DNA of 64,000 nt, taken from contig OY969706.1 in the NCBI GenBank assembly GCA_963702095.1, positions 2,368,001 through 2,432,000 on the forward strand, given 5' to 3'. Below the pieces are notes generated by a model. That model did no database searches. It was not told the origin of the DNA and worked only from the letters and a program-made list of their open reading frames with translations. The position numbers and the translations under genes are program-made. Positions 1 to 11,600 of the stretch are shown piece after piece (within the stretch, counting starts at the first letter, position 1; the number at the start of each line of letters is the position of its first letter). Origin of the DNA: Candidatus Bathyarchaeota archaeon (GTDB lineage Archaea; Thermoproteota; Bathyarchaeia; Bathyarchaeales; Bathycorpusculaceae).

Positions 1-458
1 AGGTCGGCGGCTTTTTCAGATGCGATGGCTGCGGCGTCTGTTCGGCTTTGTTCTTTGACTATTTTGACTGCGCCGGCGGTGTCGTAGGCGGGGATGACGT
101 CCCAGTTGTGTTTTTCGAGGTATTTGCGGCATTGCGCCAGCGCTTGGGGGTGCGAATAGACGGTTTTGATGTTGTCGATTTTGGTGTCGGGGTTGCCGAT
201 TAAGACATGGGCGAGTTTGACTGCGACTTCCCCGCAGACTTTGAGGTCGTAAGACAGAAAAAGGTCGTAGTTTTGGTTGATGCTGCCCTCAATGCTGTTC
301 TCAATGGGAACCACACCATGGGGCACAGCCTCGGTTTTGACGGATTCGAAAACATCGCGGAAGTCTTTGCAGGGCACCGGCTCAACTTTGCCGCCGAAAA
401 ACTTGTAGACCGCCATCTCACTGTAGGCGCCGGTTTCACCCTGATAAGTTACCTTCAT
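1..458 (-). CDS. pheA: Prephenate dehydratase (5' part; runs off the window edge)
   Basis: Manual translation [14 protein letters not shown]...GVVPIENSIEGS...VYSHPQALAQC...DTAGAV; ATGA overlap with the leuA stop. Confidence 0.93.
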   Translation of the reverse strand, partial: MKVTYQGETGAYSEMAVYKFFGGKVEPVPCKDFRDVFESVKTEAVPHGVVPIENSIEGSINQNYDLFLSYDLKVCGEVAVKLAHVLIGNPDTKIDNIKTVYSHPQALAQCRKYLEKHNWDVIPAYDTAGAVKIVKEQSRTDAAAIASEKAAD

Positions 459-1981
459 TGTTTCTTGCCTTGACTACGATTCTTTAGTAAGCACTTGTTT
501 ATACCGTTTATCATTGCTTCCACAGATGCCATGACGATGTCTTCTCTGGCAGCACGGGCGCTGACTATGTTGCCTTTTTCGTCTTCGACTTTTATGACTA
601 CTTCAGCGACTGCGTTGGAGCCGCCGGTGATGGCTTCCAATCTGTATTCGCTTAGGCGGATTTTTTCGAGGTTGCTGGTTAATTTCTGGATGGCTTTGAG
701 TGCTGCATCGACGGGGCCGACACCGGTTTCTGCGGCAACGTATTCTTTGCCGTCCAGCGTCAGGCGTACCGAAGCGGTTGGGATGACTTTTATGCCTGTG
801 ACGACTGCCATGTCGCAGAGGTCAACGATTTTTTCTTCGCCAATCACCTCACCCATGACTGCGGATGTTAAGGCTATTAGGTCGGCGTCGGTTACCATTT
901 TACCTTTGTCGCCCAATTCTTTGACGCGTTTGACGATTTCGGATAGTTGCTCTTCGTTGGGGTGAATGCCGATATCTTTCAGTTCTGCTTGGATGCCTCT
1001 TGTGCCTGCAAGTTTGCCCGCGACGAGTTTGCGGGTTCTGCCCACGAGTTCAGGGCTGATGGGCTCAAAGGTCAACGGTTGCTCTGTGACGCCTCTGGTG
1101 TGAATACCGCTTTCGTGAGCAAAGGCATTTTCGCCGACAATTGCCTTGTTAACCTGCACGTTTATTCCTGTTAAAGAGGCTACCATGCGGCTGGTGCTGT
1201 AGAGCAAGCGTGTGTTAATGTTGGTTTTGTACTTGTAGACCACATGCAGGGTGGTGGCGACTTCTTCTAGGGCTGCGTTGCCTGCGCGTTCGCCAAGACC
1301 GTTTACGGCAGTGTGGACTTGGGCTGCGCCTGCTTCAACGGCGGCTAAGCTGTTGGCGACTGCTAAGCCGAAGTCGTTGTGGCAGTGGGCGCTAAGTGGA
1401 ACCTTGATGTAGCTTTTAAGTTCCTTAAAAAACTCAAAAGTTGTTCTTGGTATCATGCAGCCGACGGTGTCTGGCGTGTTTAAGCTGTCCATGCCTGCGT
1501 CCTGTGCTGCTAGGCAAATTTGTTTTAGGAAGGGCGGTTCGGTACGAGTGGCATCCATTGGGGAGAATTCACATTTTACGCCATGCTTCTTTACGTATTG
1601 AATTGAGTCTACAGCGGACGCTAAAACCTGTTCAGGGGTCATGTTAACGGCGTATTTCATCTGTACAGGCGAAGTGGGGATGAACACGTGGATTAAGTCA
1701 ACGTCGCAGTCTAGTGCGGCGTCGATGTCTTTTTTTGTACAGCGGGATAGGGCACAGATTTCTGAGGTTAAGCCCAGTTTGGCGATGTCTCTGACGACTC
1801 TTTTTTCGCCTTCAGAACTGCTTGGAAAACCAGCTTCGATAACGTCTACGCCGAGTTTGCTTAGTTGGCGTGCAATCTCGATTTTGTCGTCGGTTGTTAG
1901 GGAAACGCCGGGGGTTTGTTCCCCGTCCCTCAACGTTGTATCTAAAATGCGGATGGTTCGGGTTTCAGTTTGTTGTGTCAT
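455..1981 (-). CDS. leuA: 2-isopropylmalate synthase (LeuA/CimA family)
   Basis: [35 protein letters not shown] motifs; C-terminal regulatory domain (GVGPVDA); leu operon context. Confidence 0.88.
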   Translation of the reverse strand: MTQQTETRTIRILDTTLRDGEQTPGVSLTTDDKIEIARQLSKLGVDVIEAGFPSSSEGEKRVVRDIAKLGLTSEICALSRCTKKDIDAALDCDVDLIHVFIPTSPVQMKYAVNMTPEQVLASAVDSIQYVKKHGVKCEFSPMDATRTEPPFLKQICLAAQDAGMDSLNTPDTVGCMIPRTTFEFFKELKSYIKVPLSAHCHNDFGLAVANSLAAVEAGAAQVHTAVNGLGERAGNAALEEVATTLHVVYKYKTNINTRLLYSTSRMVASLTGINVQVNKAIVGENAFAHESGIHTRGVTEQPLTFEPISPELVGRTRKLVAGKLAGTRGIQAELKDIGIHPNEEQLSEIVKRVKELGDKGKMVTDADLIALTSAVMGEVIGEEKIVDLCDMAVVTGIKVIPTASVRLTLDGKEYVAAETGVGPVDAALKAIQKLTSNLEKIRLSEYRLEAITGGSNAVAEVVIKVEDEKGNIVSARAAREDIVMASVEAMINGINKCLLKNRSQGKKQ

Positions 1982-1986
1982 ATGGG

Positions 1987-3024
1987 TCAGCTTTTCGCAG
2001 CGGTTAAGGCTGCGGCGATGGCTTCTGCCATGCCCACGGTGGTGGTTTTGCCGCCGCAGTCAGGAACACATTGCCCATTCTTCAACGCGTAGATGGTGCC
2101 GTTTTCTATGGCTGCCGCTGCCTTAATGCATTTGGGATCATTGTATTTTTCACCCAGCCAATCCAGCATCATCTTTGCAGACAGGATCATGCTGATGGGA
2201 TTGGCGGTGTGTTTGCCTGCACGGTTGGGTGCGGAGCCATGGATGGGTTCGAATAAACCAAAGTTGTCGCCGATGTTTGCGCCGGGAGCCATGCCTAAGC
2301 CTCCGATGAGTTGCGCTGCTTCGTCAGAAAGGATGTCGCCGAACATGTTGCAGGTGCAGAAGACATCGAAGAATTCGGGTTCTTTGATTAGGCGCATGGA
2401 GGCGGCGTCAACGTAGAGTTCGTTGAACGCGATGTCTGGATAGCCTTTGGCGACTTCGCGGCATACGTCGCGGAATAAGCCGTCGGTTACACGCATGACG
2501 TTGGCTTTGTGGATGGCGGTAACGCGTTTTTTGCCATTACGTAGGCGGGCGACCTCGAATGCTTTTTTGGCGATGCGCGTGCTGTTTTGGCGTGTGATAA
2601 CTCGTAGGCACAGGGCTGTGTCGTTGCCTATCATGAATTCTAAGCCTTTGTAGACGTCCTCGGTGTTTTCGCGGACAAAAAACATGTCGATGTTTGGCCG
2701 TGCAGCCTGTACGCCCGGGTAAGTTTTCAGGGGGCGCAAGTTGGCATATAAGTCGAACATGCAGCGTAGTTTAACGATGACATCAGCTGCGGATTCGCCG
2801 ACTGGACCCTTCATGCAGGCGTGGCTGTTCTTGATTTTCTCCACAGTGTCCGCTGGTAGGGCGGCGCCGAGGGTTTCAAGGGCGATGTCGCCTGCTGGGG
2901 CTTCGATGATTTTTAGTTTCAATTCAAACTTTTTTTGGACTGCATCTAGGACTTTTAGGGTAGCTTCAGATAATTCGGGTCCGATGCCGTCGCCTGGAAT
3001 TAGGGATATTTTGTATTCAGTCAT
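1987..3024 (-). CDS. leuB: 3-isopropylmalate dehydrogenase (beta-decarboxylating dehydrogenase family)
   Basis: PGDGIGPE, RENTE, NMFGDILSD, EPIHGSAP motifs. Confidence 0.88.
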   Translation of the reverse strand: MTEYKISLIPGDGIGPELSEATLKVLDAVQKKFELKLKIIEAPAGDIALETLGAALPADTVEKIKNSHACMKGPVGESAADVIVKLRCMFDLYANLRPLKTYPGVQAARPNIDMFFVRENTEDVYKGLEFMIGNDTALCLRVITRQNSTRIAKKAFEVARLRNGKKRVTAIHKANVMRVTDGLFRDVCREVAKGYPDIAFNELYVDAASMRLIKEPEFFDVFCTCNMFGDILSDEAAQLIGGLGMAPGANIGDNFGLFEPIHGSAPNRAGKHTANPISMILSAKMMLDWLGEKYNDPKCIKAAAAIENGTIYALKNGQCVPDCGGKTTTVGMAEAIAAALTAAKS

Positions 3025-3524
3025 TTCTTGTTCATTCTCCTTCGTAAGTTCTCAATTAATCCGCCGTCCGCCAAAATCTCTAAGATGAAAGGCGGCAGTT
3101 TCTCCACTTGGAACTTTTTGCCATTGGAAACATTTTCAATCTTGCCGGCTACAAAGTCCACGGCTAATTCGTCGCCAGTCTTAACCGAAGTTGATATGCC
3201 TTTGCATTCAATTACGGGCAAACCGATGTTGATTGCGTTGCGGAAGAATATTCGGGCAAACGACTCAGCAATGACGCATTTGACGCCGCTGTACTTTAGC
3301 GCTAATGGTGCCTGTTCGCGGCTGGAGCCGCAGCCGAAGTTTTTGCCTCCGACCAAGATTACGCCTGGTTTGGCTTTTTTTACGAAGTCTGTGTCTAAGC
3401 CTTCCAAAGCGTGTTGGGCTAAGTCGTGGGGGTCCACTAAGATTAGGTATTTACCTGGTAAGATGACGTCGGTGTCAATGTTGTTTCCGAAGACTACTGC
3501 TTTGGCTTTGATTTTGCTCTCCAT
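3021..3524 (-). CDS. leuD: 3-isopropylmalate dehydratase small subunit
   Basis: NIDTDVI, NFGCGSSREQA, SFARIFFRNAINIGLP; start placed at ATG 3524, coupled to the leuC stop. Confidence 0.92.
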   Translation of the reverse strand: MESKIKAKAVVFGNNIDTDVILPGKYLILVDPHDLAQHALEGLDTDFVKKAKPGVILVGGKNFGCGSSREQAPLALKYSGVKCVIAESFARIFFRNAINIGLPVIECKGISTSVKTGDELAVDFVAGKIENVSNGKKFQVEKLPPFILEILADGGLIENLRRRMNKK

Positions 3525-4786
3525 TAAGTCACTACCTCCAGTGGACTCACTATTCTGCCAGCTATCGCCGAAGCCGCTACAGTGGCGGGCGAGGCTAAGT
3601 AGACGCTGGCTTGGGGGCTGCCCATTCGTCCGATGAAGTTGCGGTTGCTTGACGAAACACATGATTCGCCCGCTGCCAACAAGCCGATGTGGCCGCCTAA
3701 GCAGGGCCCGCATGCGCTGCCGCAGACGATTGCGCCTGCATCGGTAAAGATTTCCAGCAAACCCTCTTGAGCCGCTTCCTTCCATACCTCCTGAGAGGCA
3801 GGGATGACCAAGGCGCGGACGCCGTCTTTGACTTTTTTGCCCTTCATAACTTGGGCTGCTAAACGCAAATCTTCCAGTCTGCCGTTGGTGCAGCTACCGA
3901 TGAAAGCCTGCTCAATTGGAACGTTACCGACTTCTGAGACGGGTTTAACGTTGTCCACTGAACTGGGGCACGCGATTTGGGGCTCCAACTTTGCAGCGTC
4001 GAATTCAACTGTGCGCTCGTATTCGGCGTCTTTGTCGCTTTGCAATGCCGCTAAGTCGGGCATTTTGGAGATTCTGCCCTGCAAGAAGTCCTCGGTGGTT
4101 TCGTCAGGTGCGATTATGCCGTTTTTGGCGCCCATCTCAACCGCCATGTTGCAGACGGTCATTCTGCCCGCTACGCTCATAGCTTTGATGGTTGGACCAG
4201 TGAATTCTGCGGCTCGGTATATGGCGCCATCTACGCTTAGTGTGCCGATGATGTTTAGGATCAGGTCTTTGGGGGCGACGTATTTTTTGAATTTTCCTTT
4301 GACGTTGACTTTGATGGTTGGGGGTACTTTGAACCAGATTTTGCCGGTTGCCATGACTGCGGCTGCTTCTGTGGAGCCAATGCCCGTGGCGAAGGCTCCG
4401 AAGGCTCCGTAAGTGCAGGTGTGGCTGTCTGCGCCGACGACAACTGTACCGGGGGTGACGTGGCCTTTTTCGGGCATAACTTGGTGACAGATGCCTCCTC
4501 TGCCGACTTCGTAGAACTGGAGGTTCTGGGTTTTGGCAAAGTTGCGCATGGTTTTGTGTAGTTCCGCTGCTTTCACGGATTCAGCGGGAACCTGATGGTC
4601 CAGAATCACTACTACTTTTTTGTTATCCCAAACTTTTGGGGTTCCGATTTTGTTGAATGCTTCCACAGCTAAAGGTCCAGTTAAGTCATGCACCATAACC
4701 ATGTCGACGTTGGCGTCGACGATTTCGCCTGGATGCACGGCTTTTTTGCCTGCGGCTTTAGCCAAGATTTTTTCTGTAATGTTCAT
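3524..4786 (-). CDS. leuC: 3-isopropylmalate dehydratase large subunit
   Basis: DSHTCTYGA, IGSCTNGR, CGPCLG, NRNFIGRMG aconitase-family motifs. Confidence 0.93.
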   Translation of the reverse strand: MNITEKILAKAAGKKAVHPGEIVDANVDMVMVHDLTGPLAVEAFNKIGTPKVWDNKKVVVILDHQVPAESVKAAELHKTMRNFAKTQNLQFYEVGRGGICHQVMPEKGHVTPGTVVVGADSHTCTYGAFGAFATGIGSTEAAAVMATGKIWFKVPPTIKVNVKGKFKKYVAPKDLILNIIGTLSVDGAIYRAAEFTGPTIKAMSVAGRMTVCNMAVEMGAKNGIIAPDETTEDFLQGRISKMPDLAALQSDKDAEYERTVEFDAAKLEPQIACPSSVDNVKPVSEVGNVPIEQAFIGSCTNGRLEDLRLAAQVMKGKKVKDGVRALVIPASQEVWKEAAQEGLLEIFTDAGAIVCGSACGPCLGGHIGLLAAGESCVSSSNRNFIGRMGSPQASVYLASPATVAASAIAGRIVSPLEVVT

Positions 4787-4883
4787 TGCATTTTCTTTTC
4801 CTTTTAATTAAACTGCTTAACCATAGGATAATGGCAAATTCTAAAGAAGGGACGTTTAAGTATTTGGGCTTTGGACATGCAGT

Positions 4884-5395
4884 TTAATCGTCGATTCTTA
4901 TGGATTTAGCGCCCCGCGCCAATGCAGTGATGCCAGTGCGTGCAAGCTCGATAATGCCAAACGTTTTCATGAGGTTGAGGAAAGCGTCGATTTTGTCGGG
5001 AGCTCCGGTGATTTCTACGGTTATGTTGTCAGGGAGACATCGATGATTCTGCCTCGGAAGACTTCGACGAAGTTAATGATGTCACTGCGTTCCTTTGAAT
5101 CTTTAACTGCGACTTTAATCAGCGAGAGCTCTCTCATAACGTAGTTGCCGAATTCGAGTTCACCGACTTTTAAGACGTCGATTTGTTTTTCCACTTGCTT
5201 GACAACTTGGTCCAAGGTTTTCTCATCGCCGTTAACTGTTATGGTCATGCGTGCAATGTCGGATTTTTCTGTTGGGCCGACGGTGATGGATTCGATGTTG
5301 AAGTTTCGGCGTCTGAACAAGTTGGCAATCATGTGCAAGACACCTGGCTTGTTTTCGACTAGCACAGATATAACTTTGAGTTTTTCCGCTTGCAT
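4884..5395 (-). CDS. ilvN: Acetolactate synthase small (regulatory) subunit, one-base frameshift near 5033
   Basis: VENKPGVL...[14 protein letters not shown]; reading continues in another frame as [17 protein letters not shown]...[13 protein letters not shown] to the stop at 4884. Confidence 0.9.
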
Positions 5396-7100
5396 TAGTA
5401 GTCACCTCTCTGTTGGGGTAAACCGCAGCCCGGCGGCACAAACGGAACCACATCCGTCTCTGAACCGATAGGCACATCGATTACCGTAGTAACTTTACTG
5501 GTTAGTGCCTGCTTAACTGCTTTGCGGAATTCTTCTATGCTGTTGATGCGTACGCCGTTTGCCCCGTAAGCTTCTGCCAGCTTAACCATGTCGGGGTACT
5601 TGCCCAAGTTGACTGCCATGTAGCGACGGTTGTAAAGGGTGCGTTGCCACTGAGCCACCATGCCCAACACACTGTTGTTTAAGACGATGACTGTGACTGG
5701 GATGTTTTCGCTGACGCTGCATGCCAGTTCCTGCTCAGTCATGACGAAGCTGCCGTCTCCTGCAACGTCCACAACTGGACGGTCGGGACACGCGACTTTG
5801 GCGCCTATAGCTGCTGGGAAACCAAAGCCCATAGTTCCAAGCCCACCGCTGCTGATGAAGGTACGGGGTTTTAGTGCTCGGAAGTATAGTGCGGACCACA
5901 TCTGGTTCTGGCCGACTTCTGTGGTGATGATGCCGTTTTCAGGCAGCAACTCACGCAGTGCAAACAGCAAATGCTTTGGGACGATGTCTTTGGGTCTATC
6001 CTTTAGTAGGGGACTTAGTTGTTCTTTGGCTTCTTTGACGCGTTTAGTCCATGCGGTGCCTTCGCCCTTCCTTAGTTTATTGGAGGTGGCTTTTAGCAGC
6101 ATCTGCAGCGATGCCTTGGCGTCGGCAACGATGGGCACATCTATCTCTATGTTTTTGTTGATTTCCGCGTTGTCAACTTCGATTTGGATTTTCTTGGCTT
6201 CAGACGCGAAAGAGTCAAGGTTGGCGGTTGCGCGGTCACTGAACCTTGTTCCAACTGCCAACAACACGTCGGCTTCACCCATCAGCCTGTTTGCCGCGGG
6301 GTTGCCGTGCATGCCAATACTGCCCAAAGACAAGGGGTGGGTTTCTGGGAAAGCGCCTTTACCCATAAACGTGGTTGCAACCGGCGCCATCAACAGGTCT
6401 GACATCTGCACTATTTCGTCACTTGCACCTGCGATTATGGCTCCGCCTCCAACCAAGATAAGGGGGCGCTCGGCTTTGGAGAGCAGCTTGGCGGCTTCGC
6501 TGATCCGTGCGGGGTCCGGTTCGCCGGGCAGTTTGTAGCCTCGGGCGTCGATTTTATCGGTGAATTCGACTTCGGCGACTTCTGCTTGGATGTTTTTGGG
6601 CAAGTCGATCAGGACGGGTCCGGGTCTGCCGGTTGTGGCTATGTAGAAGGCGCTTTTGACGGCGACGGGGATGTCGTTAACGCGGCGGGGTTGGTAGCTG
6701 TATTTTGTGATGGCGGTTGTGATGCCTATGATGTCGGCTTCTTGGAAGGCGTCTCTGCCGATCATGTAGGTGGTATTGACTCCGCTGGACGGTACTTGCC
6801 CTGTTAAGGCGACTATGGGGGAGGAGTCCATGTAGGCGTTGGCGATGCCTGTTACGAGGTTGGTGGCTCCGGGCCGCTTGTTGCCATGCATACGCCTGCG
6901 CGTCCGCTGGCTTTAGCGTATCCTTCAGCTTCATGGGCTGCGCATTGTTCGTGTCGTGCGAGGATGTGGCGGATTTTTTTGTTGCCGCAGAGTGCATCGT
7001 ATACGGGTAGGATAGCGCCGCCTAAGATACCGAAGATTGTGTCAACTTTTTCTCGTTCAAGGGATTCTAAAAGTGCCTGAGCACCGCTCATTTCAGTCAT
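5395..7100 (-). CDS. ilvB: Acetolactate synthase large subunit, one-base frameshift near 6870
   Basis: [19 protein letters not shown] / GATNLVTG split across two frames; TPP motif GDGSF...N. Confidence 0.92.
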
Positions 7101-7200
7101 ATCTTACATGGTCTCCTGTTGTTTATGATTTATACTCTTGTCTGGTTGAAAAATTGTTTGCGAGAATTTTATGGATGATTCAGAGGGTTGCCTGGGTGAA

Positions 7201-7251
7201 TTAGTTGAAGTGTACCCGTCGATCCCAGCTATTGAGGTGACGATCCCTCAT
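7201..7251 (-). other. Possible 16-codon upstream ORF in the ilvB leader
   Basis: ATG..TAA encoding MRDRHLNSWDRRVHFN, preceded by purine-rich GAGGCAGGA and downstream of a TATA-like TTTTTATTTA. Confidence 0.3.
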
Positions 7252-7535
7252 GGTTCCTGCCTCTATATCTCCAGTTCTTAAAAACTAAGCTGCAAATAAA
7301 TAAAAAGATTGTGGTGTCAATAGCGACTGTTACAGCAAGCAGTGCACAGTACCAGAGGCTTGGACGTATTTGGATCCTAATGTCCAAGGCATGCAGAAAA
7401 CCTATGGAGGGAAGTGTTCTCTAATTGGGAAGGTTTTATGAGAGATATTCCCTCAGCAATAGTGGCGGACCTTTTTTTGTAGGTATGGAACGGCAGGTTG
7501 ATATTTGATCGTGCCATGAACCGCTTCAGACAAAG

Positions 7536-7622
7536 GAAGCTTTTCAGAGCCAAATGCAATACCTAAAAGACAACGGCTTCACAATAAGAACAATGAGCCA
7601 AGAGTTCCTCAAACAAGAATAA
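7536..7622 (+). pseudogene. C-terminal remnant resembling a polysaccharide deacetylase
   Basis: Translates EAFQSQMQYLKDNGFTIRTMSQEFLKQE*; in-frame stop shortly upstream and no start. Confidence 0.5.
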
Positions 7623-7728
7623 TTAGTACTGATGACCTAGTTTTCCAAGCGCGCTGTAGTTACATCACTGTTGATACATACTCTAAAATTCCGCAGAATA
7701 CTTCCACTGTTTAGAATGAGGTATTTTA

Positions 7729-8592
7729 TTGGCAAAACTCGTTGTAAACGGAGCCGAATTATTCTACAAAGAATGGGGCAACGGTCAACCAGTCGTTTTT
7801 AGCCATGGCTGGCCACTAAATTCAGATGCGTTTGAAGATCAGATGTTCTTTTTAGCTTCCCACGGATACCGCTGCATTGCGCATGACCGCCGTGGACACG
7901 GACGCTCAAGCCAACCCTGGGGTGGCAACGACATGGACACTTACGCCGACGACCTAGCAGAAGTAATTGAGAAAACCCATGCGGAAAACGCAATTCTCGT
8001 CGGACACTCAACGGGCGGCGGCGAAGTTGCCCGCTACATCGGAAGGCATGGAACAAGCCGAGTCTCAAAAGTCGTGTTGATTAGCGCAGTACCTCCAGTA
8101 ATGCTTAAGTCATCCAATAACCCCGGGGGATTGCCGATGTCTGCTTTTGACCAGATCCGCGCCGCTGTCTTAGCTGATCGCTCACAGTTCTGGATGGACC
8201 TCTCCATGCAGTTCTATGGCTACAACCGCCCAGGCGCAAATGTCTCCAAAGGTGTTCGGGACGAGTTCTGGCGTGAAGGCATGATGTGCAGCCTGCCAGC
8301 GGCGTATTTCTGTATCAAAGCGTTTTCGGAAACTGACTTCAACGACGACCTCAAAAAAATCGATGTTCCAACCCTGATTCTCCATGGTGACGACGACCAA
8401 ATTGTTCCCTTTGCGGATTCAGGTATGCTTTCGTCAAAGATAATCAAAAATGCCACTTTGAAGGTCTACAAGGGCGCACCACACGGTATGTGTACCACGC
8501 TTAAGCAGCAGGTCAACAATGACCTTTTAGCATTCATTAAAGGCGAAATGGCGCCTAGCAGCAGAGAGACTATGCCGATGCAACCTGCTTAG
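7729..8592 (+). CDS. Alpha/beta hydrolase, non-heme chloroperoxidase/arylesterase type
   Basis: [38 protein letters not shown] catalytic motifs. Confidence 0.92.
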   Translation: MAKLVVNGAELFYKEWGNGQPVVFSHGWPLNSDAFEDQMFFLASHGYRCIAHDRRGHGRSSQPWGGNDMDTYADDLAEVIEKTHAENAILVGHSTGGGEVARYIGRHGTSRVSKVVLISAVPPVMLKSSNNPGGLPMSAFDQIRAAVLADRSQFWMDLSMQFYGYNRPGANVSKGVRDEFWREGMMCSLPAAYFCIKAFSETDFNDDLKKIDVPTLILHGDDDQIVPFADSGMLSSKIIKNATLKVYKGAPHGMCTTLKQQVNNDLLAFIKGEMAPSSRETMPMQPA

Positions 8593-8640
8593 CCCCTTTT
8601 TTCTTTGTTTAGAACCAAAAAGGAAGAAGATAGCTTAGAG

Positions 8641-11600
8641 CTACCATTTTTTCCAAGGCAAATCATCCATGTACTCGTTTAAGGAGCGGATGCTGTTGCC
8701 GTTCTGGTTTTTCTGTTTCATAACATCCACCAACGCCTGCGCTAACTGGAGATTGGTGATGACGGGGATGTTGAATTCTACTGCTTGGCGTCGGATTGTG
8801 TAGCCGTCGGTTATGATCTCGTTTATGTTGCTGCGGCGGTTGGCAATGGGCACGTTGATAACGAGGTCGATTTTGCGTTCTTGAAGAAAGTCGAGAATGT
8901 TGGGTGTTACGTCGGGGTCTTTGACTTTATGCAGCACCGTCGCTGCTACGCCATGGGCACTTAAGACTTTGGCTGTGTTTGCGGTAGAGTAAATTTTGAA
9001 GCCCATATCTGCAAACGCCTGTGCGATTGGGACCACGCGGGCTTTACGTTCGACATCGCCGCCAACGCTGATAAGCACTGAGCCGCCTCTGGGAGGAATC
9101 GTAAACTCCGCAGACTGCAACGCCTTGGTAAAAGCATCTGCAAAACTTTCGCCGAGACACGCCACTTCGCCAGTGCTAAGCATCTCCACGCCTAAAACGG
9201 GGTCGGCACCGCTGAGCCGCATGAAACTGAACTGAGGCACTTTGACGCCCACGTGAGGTGCAACCTGCATGGGGGAGAGTTGAACGCCGTCGATTTTTTT
9301 GCCCAGCATCGCCAAAGTTGCGAGGTCAATGAGGTTTATGCCTCTGCATTTGCTTACAAAGGGCATTGAGCGGGAGGCGCGGAGGTTGCATTCGATGACG
9401 TTGACGACGTCGTCTTTGACGAGGTATTGGATGTTGTAGGGTCCGTGGATTCGCAGCGCTTTAACGATTTTTATGGTTGCGGTTTCGATGTCTTTCTGCA
9501 CTTCTGGTTTGAGTGCTTGCGGCGGGATAGTCATGGTTGCGTCGCCGCTGTGGACGCCTGCGTTTTCAACGTGTTCCATGATGGCGCCGATGAAAACGTT
9601 ATCGCCGTCTGAGACACCGTCAACTTCGACTTCTTTGGCTCGGGTGATGAATTTGCTGATAACCACCGGGTGGTCACGGGAAACCTTCGCAGCCAAATTA
9701 AGGAAGTTCTCGAGTGCGACTTCGTTGTAGGCGACACGCATCGCTGACCCTGAGAGCACATAGCTGGGTCGCACCAGTACAGGGAAGCCGATTTTTGTTG
9801 CAAACCGTTTGGCTTCTTCAATGCTCTGGAGCTTGCTCCAGCTGGGCTGGTGGATGTCAAGTTGATCGAGTAGCGCGCTGAATTTGCTGCGGTCTTCTGC
9901 CAAATCCACGTCCTGCGCAGATGTGCCCAATATGTTTGCGCCTGCCTCGCAGAGGGGCATGGAAAGGTTGTTGGGGATTTGTCCGCCGACGCTGGTGATG
10001 ACGCCCATGGGGTTTTCTTTGTCGTAGATGTCTAGGATACGTTCAACTGTGAGTTCTTCAAAGTAGAGTTTGTCAGAGATGTCGTAGTCTGTGCTGACGG
10101 TTTCAGGGTTGTAGTTGACCATTATGGCTTCTTTTATGCCGTTTTTCTTGAGTGCCCAAACCGTGTTGACGCCGCACCAGTCGAATTCCACGCTGCTGCC
10201 GATGCGGAAAACGCCTGCGCCCAAGACAATGACTTTGCTTTGGGTTTTGCTGAACTCTATGTCGTCTTCGTCTCCGCCATAGGTCATGTAGAGATAGTTG
10301 GTTTTCGCCGGCCACTCTGCCGCTAAAGTGTCAATTTGTTTTACGACTGGGAGGATTTTGTTGTTTTTGCGGTAGGTGCGGATGGTGGCTTCGTCGGTTT
10401 TTTGGCACACTGCGATTTGCTGGTCGCTGAAGCCGATACGTTTGGCTTCGCGGATGACTTCGGCTGCTTCGGAAGTGGCTAAGTTGAGGGTTTTTAGCTC
10501 CTGTTCCATGTTGAGGATGTTTTGGATTTTGTATAGGAAGAAGGGGTCGACGCCGCTTATACGGTAAATCTCCGTGATGGGGATTCCGATTTTTAGGGCT
10601 TTGCCGATTTTGTAGAGTCGCTCATCAGTTGGGTGCGCCATTTCGTCTCTGAGGCGCTCTTCAGATTCGGGTTCGTTATCTTCAGGGTTGCAGACTAAAC
10701 CGATTTTGCCTGTGTCCAGCATGCGCACGGCTTTTTGCAGTGCCTCTTCGAAGCATCTGCCAATAGCCATGACTTCGCCGACACTACGCATCTGTGGTCC
10801 AACGTGGCGGTCGGCGTTGCGGAATTTCTGGAGGTCCCAGCGGGGGATTTTAACGGTTATGTAGTCCAGTGCGGGTTCGAAGCATGCGGTTGTGACTTCG
10901 GTGACTTTGTTGATGAGTTCAGGCAGCGTGTAGCCTAAAGTGAGTTTGGTTGCGATGTAGGCAAGCGGATAACCTGTGACTTTGCTGGCTAAGGCGCTGC
11001 TACGTGACATTCGGCTGTTGACTTCGATGACACGGCATTCCTCTGATTTGGGATGCAGCGCCCACTGTATGTTGCATTCTCCGACTATGCCTAAAGCTCG
11101 GATAGCGTTAATGGAGATGGAGCGGATCTGGTGATATTCGCGGTTAGTCATGGTCTGCGAAGGCGCCACAACTATGCTGTCGCCAGTGTGGATGCCCATG
11201 GGATCAAAGTTTTCCATGTTACAAACGGTTAAACAGTTATCAGCGTAGTCACGCATAACTTCGTACTCAACTTCTTTCCAGTGCCCCACGTACTCTTCGA
11301 CGAGGACTTGGCGGATGCGACTCTGGGCGATGCCGATGGTAGCGATCTCTTTGAGTTCCTTCTGGTTATGGGCAACGCCTGCGCCTTTACCGCCCAACGT
11401 GTAAGCAACTCGGACCATGACGGGGTAGCCGATTTCGTCGGCGATTTCGAGCGCCTGTTTGACGCTGGTGGCGGTTCTGCTCTTTAGGTATGGGATACCT
11501 GCTTTCTGCATGGCTTGGCGGAACCGTTCACGGTCGCCTGTGTCTTCGATGGCTTGGACAGGGGTGCCTAAAACTTTAACGTTGTATTTTTGGAGGATGC

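Noticed and set aside
3021-3785. Extended N-termini in the ORF track (leuD 3785, ACT 17302, antitoxin 18697, SemiSWEET 26460, Rieske 54358, aminotransferase 59696, ABC ATPase 63090)
   Set aside because: Extensions overlap neighbouring genes or promoters and are not protein-like; internal starts fit the families better.
6860-6880. Programmed ribosomal frameshifting in ilvB and other split genes
   Set aside because: No shared slippery heptamer or stimulatory structure; sites are scattered homopolymer indels typical of assembly error.
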